A stretch of 42,447 bases of DNA. It comes from Candidatus Nomurabacteria bacterium GW2011_GWA2_40_9. Its GTDB lineage: Bacteria; Patescibacteriota; Minisyncoccia; Phycocordibacterales; UBA9973. The stretch covers positions 1-42,447 of the forward strand of contig LBZW01000001.1 of NCBI GenBank assembly GCA_000993955.1. Reading direction: 5' to 3'. Shown here piece by piece: positions 7,711-14,656 of this stretch. The first letter of the stretch is position 1, and every line of letters begins with the position of its first letter. The notes below the pieces were generated by a model that was not told where the DNA came from, did no database searches, and saw only the letters and a list, made by a program, of their open reading frames with translations. Position numbers and translations under genes: made by a program.

Positions 7711-8316
7711 ATGGGAATTTTGGAGAAAGAAATAAAAATTAAAGATAAACGCAAAAATATTCAGAAAATAATTTTAAATACTATTTTTGCAGCTGGGATA
7801 CTTGGTGTGATGGTAGTAGCACCAAATGTTTTATCAGTTATAAAACAAATAGAAAAAGGAATAAAAAGAAAAAAGAATTTAAAATATTCTATCAATAGTT
7901 CTTTTGTACGACTCAGAGAGAAAGGGCTTATTGAAATAATAGAAGTAAATGGGAAAAGAGTTGCAAGGATAACACAAAAAGGGGAGTCGAAGTTGGATTT
8001 CTTGGATAGACATAATTTTAAATTAAAAATTCCAAAGAAATGGGATGGTCGTTGGAGAGTGGTGATATTTGATATAAAGGAAAGCAAAAAGAGAATAAGA
8101 GCACTTTTGAGGGTTACGCTTTCGCAGATTGGCTTTATTAGATTGCAAAATAGCGTTTGGGTTTATCCATATGATTGCGAGGACTTGGTCTCATTACTTA
8201 AGGCAGATTTTAAAATAGGTAGTGAGATTTTATATATGATAGTAGAAAAACTTGAAAATGATTGGTCCTTACGTAAAAAATTTAATTTACCTAATTCTGA
8301 CGGTCGTAAAAGTTAG
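7711..8316 (+). CDS. Membrane-anchored wHTH + PaaX-C/Cas2-fold domain protein
   Basis: N-terminal TM (IILNTIFAAGILGVMVVAPNVL); winged-helix-like segment (SFVRLREKGLIEIIEVNGKRVARITQKGESKL); WDGRWRVVIFDIKESKKRIRALLRVTLSQIGFIRLQNSVWVYPYD, which matches the PaaX C-terminal / Cas2-like beta-alpha-beta-beta-alpha-beta signature. Start taken at ATG 7711. The last 10 codons and the stop lie inside repeat copy 2. Confidence 0.5.
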   Translation: MGILEKEIKIKDKRKNIQKIILNTIFAAGILGVMVVAPNVLSVIKQIEKGIKRKKNLKYSINSSFVRLREKGLIEIIEVNGKRVARITQKGESKLDFLDRHNFKLKIPKKWDGRWRVVIFDIKESKKRIRALLRVTLSQIGFIRLQNSVWVYPYDCEDLVSLLKADFKIGSEILYMIVEKLENDWSLRKKFNLPNSDGRKS

Positions 8317-8328
8317 GTAATTTGTTTT
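8287..8328 (+). repeat. 42-bp hairpin repeat, copy 2
   Basis: TTACCTAATTCTGACGGTCGTAAAAGTTAGGTAATTTGTTTT. Differs from copy 1 only at 4 loop positions. Lies between the convergent PaaX-like and exonuclease genes. Confidence 0.9.
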
Positions 8329-8343
8329 AAAATAACTATGTTT

Positions 8344-9072
8344 TTATTTCCCTAAATAATGCTTTAGCGTATAAATCCAATCTTCGTCTATTTCGTCACC
8401 GTCGAGTTTTTGGGAGAGGAGCCATTCTAGGTAGCCACGATCCACACGAGCCACTTCTTCTATAAATTTGCCATTATGTTTGCCGAATTTGAATTTCTTG
8501 AAAAGTGATGGATGGGAAGAAATTTTTATCATTTCATCTATTGCCTCGTGTTCACTTTTGCTATCATGCTCCATTATTTTGTTTTTTAGTCTTTCAAAGA
8601 GCTTTTCAAGCACCATCACATCTCCTAGTGCATCATGCGCCTGAGCGTCTATTTCTATCTCGAGCAGATATCTCAGATACTGTAAATTATAGCGATCAAT
8701 TTTTTCCTCTGGATCTAGAAATCTGACGACTCGGAGTGTACAGATAAAGTTTGCGGGGATTATATCTTCTTTTTTTATTATCATCAGGTCAAAAGGCGCA
8801 TTGTGTGCCACGACTACAGTATTTGCGTCTTCAAAAAGACTTTTTATTTTTTCTTTATCTGGAGTCTCGCCAAAAGCAGGCTTGCCTTCGAGCATTTTGT
8901 TTGAGATATGGTGCACAGCAGAAGCTTCCGGGGGGACTTTGAAAGGGGGTTTATACATAGCAGAAAAATTTTCATCGGTATTTTCTCCTGCTCCCTTGTA
9001 TGCTATCTGACACAAGAAATCTTTTTCAGTATTTCCTGTGGTCTCAGTATCAAAAAATATAATTTTCTTCAT
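8344..9072 (-). CDS. DEDDh 3'-5' exonuclease (DnaQ/epsilon-like) with C-terminal extension
   Basis: ExoI FFDTETTG, ExoII VAHNAPFDL, ExoIII HDALGDV. Confidence 0.85.
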   Translation of the reverse strand: MKKIIFFDTETTGNTEKDFLCQIAYKGAGENTDENFSAMYKPPFKVPPEASAVHHISNKMLEGKPAFGETPDKEKIKSLFEDANTVVVAHNAPFDLMIIKKEDIIPANFICTLRVVRFLDPEEKIDRYNLQYLRYLLEIEIDAQAHDALGDVMVLEKLFERLKNKIMEHDSKSEHEAIDEMIKISSHPSLFKKFKFGKHNGKFIEEVARVDRGYLEWLLSQKLDGDEIDEDWIYTLKHYLGK

Positions 9073-9153
9073 CTTTGTATTCTAACATATTTTAAGGCAA
9101 GAAATAGTAAAATCTTTAATGCTTCTCAAAAACTATACCTGCAAAGATTTTTT

Positions 9154-9162
9154 TGGTATAAT
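9154..9162 (+). promoter_or_regulatory. Extended -10 (TGGTATAAT) 6 nt upstream of ATG 9169 (leaderless-type)
   Basis: TTTTGGTATAATTTCTGTATG read directly. Confidence 0.5.
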
Positions 9163-9168
9163 TTCTGT

Positions 9169-9618
9169 ATGTTACACGAAAAAATAAAAAACAGTATAAA
9201 AGAAGCCATGATAGCAAGGGACACAGTTCGCTTGGAAGTCTTGCGTGGCATGTCTGCTTCATTTATGAATGAACTGGTGGCCAAAGGCAGAAAGCCAAAT
9301 GAACTATTGACTGACGAAGAAGCACTGGTTGTGATCACTCGGTTAGCAAAACAGAGAAAAGATTCTATAGAGCAATTTAAAAAAGGCAACAGAGAAGACT
9401 TGGTGAAAGAAGAATCGGCACAGCTTGCGATACTCGAGACATATTTACCAAAACTCATGGAGCGGGAAGAAGTAGAGAAAATAGTCAAAGCTAAAAAAGA
9501 AGAATTGGGAGTGATAGATGCTACAGGGAAAGGAATCCTGATGGCAGAGACAATGAAGGAACTAAAAGGCAAAGCCGACGGAGCTGTAGTAAAACAAGTA
9601 ATAGATTCTCTTTTCTAA
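9169..9618 (+). CDS. GatB/YqeY domain-containing protein
   Basis: MLHEKIKNSIKEAMIARDTVRLEVLRGM..AKQRKDSIEQFKKGNREDLV..E..YLP is typical of the YqeY family. The track ORF starting at 8908 is an antisense read-through extension. Confidence 0.8.
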   Translation: MLHEKIKNSIKEAMIARDTVRLEVLRGMSASFMNELVAKGRKPNELLTDEEALVVITRLAKQRKDSIEQFKKGNREDLVKEESAQLAILETYLPKLMEREEVEKIVKAKKEELGVIDATGKGILMAETMKELKGKADGAVVKQVIDSLF

Positions 9619-9619
9619 T

Positions 9620-10225
9620 ATGCACACTGTAAAACTCATAACTGGCTTGGTAGAGCATCATCAAATTTTGGCTTATTTTGTTATTTTTCTAGGGCTCATA
9701 TTTGAAGGGGAGTTTATACTGCTCACTACTGGAGTGTTGACATACCTCGGAGGGTTGGATTTTGGTTTCGCTTTGCTTTTTGTTTTTTGCGGTGGAATAT
9801 CTAAAAGTCTGCTCGGATATTATATAGGTAAAGTTATACATAAAAAATGGCGGGATACAAAATTTGTAAAATATTTAGAACACAGGGTAACCGATGTCAT
9901 GCCGAACTTTAGTCACAAACCTTTTTGGTCTATATTTATTTCAAAATTTATCATGGGGGTAAATCATCTTGTTATTATCTTTTCTGGTTTTAAGAAAATA
10001 AATTACAAGACATATATAAAAGCAGAATTTATCTCCACTGCTATCTGGGCACCACTGCTACTGTCGCTCGGATACTTTTTCGGTTATACTGCACTTAATG
10101 TAACTCGTGAAGTGTGGAGGTTCTTATTGGTTGTATTTATCCTGATAATAGGATTTTTGATTTTAGATAAATTATTTGCATTTATTTACAGAGTTTTTGA
10201 AGAATTTTATGATAAGCAGAATTAA
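9620..10225 (+). CDS. DedA/VTT-family membrane protein
   Basis: Multi-TM; LGLIFEGEFILLTTGVL..G motif region typical of DedA. Confidence 0.65.
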   Translation: MHTVKLITGLVEHHQILAYFVIFLGLIFEGEFILLTTGVLTYLGGLDFGFALLFVFCGGISKSLLGYYIGKVIHKKWRDTKFVKYLEHRVTDVMPNFSHKPFWSIFISKFIMGVNHLVIIFSGFKKINYKTYIKAEFISTAIWAPLLLSLGYFFGYTALNVTREVWRFLLVVFILIIGFLILDKLFAFIYRVFEEFYDKQN

Positions 10226-11147
10226 AAAACAAAAAGTTCATAAACTCGTCACACACAATGGGTCATTTCACTCTGATGATCTTTTTGCTTGTGCAGTTCT
10301 GGTCATTATGCTCGAAGATCAGGGGAAAAAGTTTGAGATCATTCGTACTCGAGATGAAGAAGTTTTAAAACAAGGTGATTATGTTTTTGATGTAGGTGGT
10401 ATGTATGTTCCAGAGTTAAATAAATTTGACCATCATCAGCGGGGTGGGGCAGGTGAGAGGGACAATGGAATTCTGTATGCGTCATTTGGTCTCGTGTGGA
10501 AAAATTTCGGACTGGATTTGTGTGATGGAGATGAAGAAGTTTTTAATATGATAGACAGGAAAATAGTTGCACCGATAGACTCTATAGACAATGGTGTGGA
10601 TATAGTAACTCCAAAATTTGATAATATAGTGCCCTATGGCGGAGATCAGCCGTTTCTGATATTTACCCCTACTTGGCAAGAAGACGAATCCGAGACTGAT
10701 AATATTTTTAGAGTTCAAGTCAGGTCTGTGGCTAAAGTATTGCGAAGAGAAATAGAAGTGGCAAAGGCAGATAGTGCAGGCAGGCAGCTCATAGTAGAAG
10801 CATACAAAAATTCAGCAAACAAACAAATCATAGAACTACCAAAATCTGGTTTTCCTAGATACTTATATCAAAAGACCCTTTCTTGTTTTCCAGAGCCTAT
10901 TTATGTAGTATACGAGAGTGCTCATACAGACAATTGGAAAGTAGAGGCTATAACAAAAAGTCCCGATACATTGGAAAGCAGAAAGTATTTTCCTGAAAGC
11001 TGGCGGGGGTTCATGAATAACGATCCAAAATTTGGAGATGTGACAGGAGTGTCGGACGCTATATTTTGCCACAAGAGCGGGTTCCTCCTCACAGTAAAAT
11101 CAAAAGAGGGGGCAATGAAATTAGCAGAATTAGCATTAAAGAGTTAG
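10209..11147 (+). CDS. MYG1/UPF0160 family metal-dependent hydrolase
   Basis: THNGSFHSDDLFACAVL, DVGG..DHHQ are family hallmarks. Start at the in-frame ATG 10209, overlapping the DedA end by 17 nt. Confidence 0.75.
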   Translation: MISRIKKQKVHKLVTHNGSFHSDDLFACAVLVIMLEDQGKKFEIIRTRDEEVLKQGDYVFDVGGMYVPELNKFDHHQRGGAGERDNGILYASFGLVWKNFGLDLCDGDEEVFNMIDRKIVAPIDSIDNGVDIVTPKFDNIVPYGGDQPFLIFTPTWQEDESETDNIFRVQVRSVAKVLRREIEVAKADSAGRQLIVEAYKNSANKQIIELPKSGFPRYLYQKTLSCFPEPIYVVYESAHTDNWKVEAITKSPDTLESRKYFPESWRGFMNNDPKFGDVTGVSDAIFCHKSGFLLTVKSKEGAMKLAELALKS

Positions 11148-11156
11148 ACTCTATGC

Positions 11157-12167
11157 ATGGCATTCATCGATGAAATAACGATATACGCAGAAGCAGGCCG
11201 TGGTGGAGACGGAGTAGTACGCTGGCGTCAAGAAAAATTTATCCCAAAGGGTGGCCCCGCAGGCGGAGATGCAGGCAGGGGTGGGGATTTCTATGTGCAA
11301 GCAGTCCGAGACATAAATATACTTTCAAAATACAAAGCGAAGAAGAAATTCATAGCAGAGCGGGGAGAAGACGGCGGAAACAAGAGTTTTCACGGCAAGA
11401 GCGGAGAAGATTTTGTATTAGATTTACCCATCGGTTCTGTTATCACAAATTCAGAAAGCGGTGAGAAATTTTTCTTGTTAGAAGAAGGGCAAAAGATCAT
11501 GCTCCTAAGGGGTGGCTACGGAGGATTTGGCAATGAACACTTCAAGGGTTCTACAAATACTACTCCGATGGAGTCCAATCCAGGCCAAGAAGGAGAACAT
11601 GCAAACTTTTATATTGAAGTAGAAATCTTTGCGGATTTGGGACTGATAGGGCTTCCAAATGCTGGAAAATCTTCACTTCTCAATTCTCTGACAAATGCAC
11701 AAGCAAAAGTGGCTGACTATGCATTTACCACACTTGATCCAAACCTCGGAGATTTTTATAAATACATTATTGCAGACATTCCGGGACTAATCGAAGGAGC
11801 GTCCGAAGGCAAGGGTCTCGGAGTAAAGTTCTTGCGTCATGTCAAACGGACAAAAATACTCGCCCACCTAGTGTCTTTTGAAGAGTCTGGTGATATGCTG
11901 AAGCGATACAAAGAAATTCGAAAAGAATTAGAAAAGTATGATAAAAAGTTGGGTCTAGGAACAGATGGGCTTGCTTCAAAAGAAGAAATAATAGTTCTGA
12001 CAAAAATAGATGTAATAGGAGATAAAAAAGAAGATAAAAAAATAATAGCAAAACAAATAAAAGCTTTTGAAAAGCTTGATAAAAAAGTCTTCACCATCTC
12101 ACTTTTTGACGATGCCTCTGTAAAAACTTTTGGAGATGCACTCATAAAAATTTTAAAAAAAGCGTAA
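11157..12167 (+). CDS. obg: GTPase Obg/CgtA
   Basis: Gly-rich Obg fold (AGRGGDGVVRWRQEKFIPKGGPAGGDAGRGGD), G1 GLPNAGKSSL, G3 DIPGLIEGAS, G4 TKID. Confidence 0.95.
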   Translation: MAFIDEITIYAEAGRGGDGVVRWRQEKFIPKGGPAGGDAGRGGDFYVQAVRDINILSKYKAKKKFIAERGEDGGNKSFHGKSGEDFVLDLPIGSVITNSESGEKFFLLEEGQKIMLLRGGYGGFGNEHFKGSTNTTPMESNPGQEGEHANFYIEVEIFADLGLIGLPNAGKSSLLNSLTNAQAKVADYAFTTLDPNLGDFYKYIIADIPGLIEGASEGKGLGVKFLRHVKRTKILAHLVSFEESGDMLKRYKEIRKELEKYDKKLGLGTDGLASKEEIIVLTKIDVIGDKKEDKKIIAKQIKAFEKLDKKVFTISLFDDASVKTFGDALIKILKKA

Positions 12168-12188
12168 ATACATATATAATATAAATAT

Positions 12189-13700
12189 ATGCAAGAAAAA
12201 AATTCTGAAAAATATTACACCACCATCGGGCTTGAAATACACGCAGAATTGAAGACAACTACAAAGATGTTTTGTAGTTGTAGAAATAACCCTGATGAAA
12301 CAAAACCAAATACAAATATCTGCCCTGTGTGCATGGCGCACCCTGGGGCATTGCCTGTAATAAATAAAAAAGCAGTTGAGAATGTGATAAGAGTTGGTCT
12401 GGCTATCGGTGCAGAGATTGCAGATTTTTCAGAATTTGATAGAAAGAATTATTTTTATCCCGACATCCCAAAAGGGTACCAGATTTCTCAATATAAATAC
12501 CCAATAGTAAAAGGTGGCAAACTAGCTGGTATGGATATCACTCGTATTCACTTAGAGGAAGATACAGCGAATAACAAACACCTGTCGGGTGTTGGACACC
12601 CGGAAATTCAGGACGAGTATTCACTCATTGACTTCAATCGTGCTGGCGTGCCACTGATGGAGCTTGTGACCGAGGCGCATACTTTTGAGACGAGTGAGGA
12701 GGCAGCAAAAGTTGCGAGTAATTTTGCAAAAGAATATCAGCTCCTCCTGCAGTATATAGATGCCTCAGAAGCGAATATGGAAAAAGGGGAGATGCGAGTG
12801 GAAGCAAATGTATCTGTCTCACCTGATAAAGATAAGAAATGGACTGCCTATGTGGAAGTAAAAAATTTAAACTCTTTCAAGAGCGTAGAAAAAGCTATCA
12901 AATATGAAGTAGAGCGAATGATAGAACTTTTTGAAGAAGGCAAAGAGAGTGAAATAGTAAAAGAAACTCGTGGCTTCGATGAAGCAAAGCAGAGGACTGT
13001 GTCTCAGCGTAAAAAGGAATCCAGTGAAGACTACAGATACTTCCCAGACCCAGACCTACCAAAGATGAAACTTCATGAAGCGTTTGATTTGGAAAAAGTG
13101 AAGCAAGAGTTACCTGAGTTGCCCATGCAAAAGCGCGTGCGATATAAGAATGATTTTGGAATAAAAGATGAAGATATAGAAATTTATATAAATGATAAAG
13201 AGCTTGCAAAATGGTTTGAAGAAGTTGCAAATCTTTTGTTTTCTCCCCCTGCCAGAGGGGGAGTGTCCGAAGGACGAGGGGGTGGGAGTGAAAAAATTAA
13301 AACAGCATCAAATTATATCACATCAGATTATTTGGGTATAAAGAAGTTCCAGCCAGAGGCAAGGCCTCTGGCTGCGACGAATTTTGCCGAGCTTATAAAT
13401 TTGGTTACAGAAAATAAAATCTCTTCTCGCGCTACAAAGGACATACTTGCGATGATAGTGATAGATGATGCGTCTCCATTAAAAATAGCAACAGAGAAAA
13501 ATTTGTTACAAAAAAATGATGAAGGCGAACTAAAAGGTATAGTAGAAAAAATACTTGCAGAAAATCAGCAAGTAGTGGCTACATACAAAGGCGGTAAAGA
13601 AAATGCTCTTATGTCCCTAGTGGGTAAAATAATAAAAGAAACAAATGGCTCTGCCAATCCACAGGTGGTAATTAAATTATTAAAAGAGTTGATAAAATAA
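12189..13700 (+). CDS. gatB: Asp/Glu-tRNA(Asn/Gln) amidotransferase subunit B
   Basis: GLEIHAEL, CPVCMAHPGALPV, RKNYFYPD, HLEEDT, FNRAGVPLMELVTE, and a C-terminal YqeY-like tail. TATAAT at 12175-12180 lies 8 nt before the ATG. Confidence 0.95.
   Translation: MQEKNSEKYYTTIGLEIHAELKTTTKMFCSCRNNPDETKPNTNICPVCMAHPGALPVINKKAVENVIRVGLAIGAEIADFSEFDRKNYFYPDIPKGYQISQYKYPIVKGGKLAGMDITRIHLEEDTANNKHLSGVGHPEIQDEYSLIDFNRAGVPLMELVTEAHTFETSEEAAKVASNFAKEYQLLLQYIDASEANMEKGEMRVEANVSVSPDKDKKWTAYVEVKNLNSFKSVEKAIKYEVERMIELFEEGKESEIVKETRGFDEAKQRTVSQRKKESSEDYRYFPDPDLPKMKLHEAFDLEKVKQELPELPMQKRVRYKNDFGIKDEDIEIYINDKELAKWFEEVANLLFSPPARGGVSEGRGGGSEKIKTASNYITSDYLGIKKFQPEARPLAATNFAELINLVTENKISSRATKDILAMIVIDDASPLKIATEKNLLQKNDEGELKGIVEKILAENQQVVATYKGGKENALMSLVGKIIKETNGSANPQVVIKLLKELIK
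12585..12603. repeat. Palindromic element family A, single unit, in frame in gatB
   Basis: TCGGGTGTTGGACACCCGG: a 7-bp stem. Matches the reverse complement of the intergenic copy 32881-32899 at 18 of 19 positions. Encodes LSGVGHPE between HLEEDT and the conserved YSLIDFNR. Confidence 0.85.
13243..13283. repeat. Palindromic element family E, in frame in gatB
   Basis: CTCCCCC-TGCCAGA-GGGGGAG-TG-TCC-GAA-GGA-CG-AGGGGGT. Same 41-nt architecture as 15025-15065 on the other strand. Encodes SPPARGGVSEGRGGGS. Confidence 0.85.
13350..13374. repeat. Palindromic element family C, single unit, in frame in gatB
   Basis: CAGCCAGAGGC-AAG-GCCTCTGGCTG: an 11-bp perfect stem. Encodes QPEARPLAA. Confidence 0.9.
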
Positions 13701-13707
13701 ATTTTTA

Positions 13708-13737
13708 CCTCCGCCGAAACGGAGGAGTGCCGAAGCA
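13708..13737. repeat. E-like double hairpin just downstream of the gatB stop
   Basis: CCTCCG-CCGAAA-CGGAGG-AG-TGC-CGAA-GCA. Same two-hairpin layout as family E (a pyrimidine/purine stem, then a small GAA-loop hairpin). Confidence 0.6.
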
Positions 13738-13786
13738 ATTGTGATTTTATTATAGCAAAATATAAATCAATGTTATTATTATACTA

Positions 13787-14653
13787 ATGAAAACACTAAG
13801 ACAATATATAAAAGAAGCAAATGAGAAGGGAGTAGCGATAGGGCATTTTAATATTTCAAATTTAGAAGCATTACATGGTATATATAATGCTGCTAAAAAA
13901 TTAAACCTTCCGGTGATCATTGGACTTTCAGAAGGAGAAGAGAAATTTTTGGGCAGAGAGGAAGCAGTAGCTTTGGTTCATACCATAAGAGAACGGGACG
14001 ATTATCCAATTTTTCTAAATGCAGATCATCATGCCAGTTTCAATTCTGTAAAGGCTTGTATAGATGCAGGATTTGATGCGGTGATTATAGACGCAGCAAA
14101 ATTGCCATACGAAGAAAATGTGGCAGTGACAAAGCAGTGTGTAGAGTATGCCCATAAAGTCATGAAAAATACAGGCAGGGATATATTGGTAGAAGCAGAG
14201 ATGGGATACATAGGTTCTGGTTCAGATATGAAAGATAGTATTCCAGAAGGTGCGGGCATACTCACAAATCCAGATGAAGCAAAAAAATTTGTAGAAGAGA
14301 CAGGTATAGACTTGCTTGCTCCATCTGTGGGCTCTATTCACGGGCTTATCAAGTCTGGTAAGCCACACATAAATGCAGAGTTAGTAAAAGAAATAAGAAA
14401 AACTGTAGGTATTCCGCTGGTGCTTCACGGTGGGTCAGGACTACGAGATGAAGATTTTGTCAATGCGATAAAAGCTGGCATTTCTATCGTGCATATAAAC
14501 AGTGAAATTCGTCTAGCTTATAAAGAAGCCGTGGAGAAATTCATCGAAGCTAACCCGAGCGAGATTACTCCGGCGAAAATTTTAACAGGAGCAGTACAAG
14601 CAATAGAGGAAGTAGTAGAAGCACGCTTGAGACTTTTTAATGAAATAAAATAA
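13787..14653 (+). CDS. fba: Class II fructose/tagatose-bisphosphate aldolase
   Basis: GHFNISNLE, NADHHAS, EAEMGYIG, LVLHGGSG: class II aldolase metal-binding and phosphate-binding motifs. Confidence 0.9.
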   Translation: MKTLRQYIKEANEKGVAIGHFNISNLEALHGIYNAAKKLNLPVIIGLSEGEEKFLGREEAVALVHTIRERDDYPIFLNADHHASFNSVKACIDAGFDAVIIDAAKLPYEENVAVTKQCVEYAHKVMKNTGRDILVEAEMGYIGSGSDMKDSIPEGAGILTNPDEAKKFVEETGIDLLAPSVGSIHGLIKSGKPHINAELVKEIRKTVGIPLVLHGGSGLRDEDFVNAIKAGISIVHINSEIRLAYKEAVEKFIEANPSEITPAKILTGAVQAIEEVVEARLRLFNEIK

Positions 14654-14656
14654 TTT

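Noticed and set aside
7649-8328. Possibility that the 42-bp repeats are a mini CRISPR array next to a Cas2-like gene
   Set aside because: There are only two nearby copies, separated by about 600 bp that is a complete protein-coding gene rather than a spacer. There is no leader and no further repeat-spacer periodicity. The third copy is 30 kb away.
8908-9168. Long N-terminal extension of the YqeY-like ORF (track start 8908), plus similar upstream extensions for mraZ (1413), rsmH (1871), MYG1 (10176), the RRM gene (21287), rplY (16593) and the PaaX-like gene (7684)
   Set aside because: The extensions overlap neighbouring genes or are antisense to them, lack family homology, and internal ATGs coincide with the conserved protein N-termini and with promoter-like boxes.
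11190-11300. GC-rich, glycine-coding stretch at the obg N-terminus
   Set aside because: It encodes the conserved Obg-fold glycine repeats (GGDGVV..GGPAGGDAGRGGD) found in all Obg proteins. It is not palindromic.
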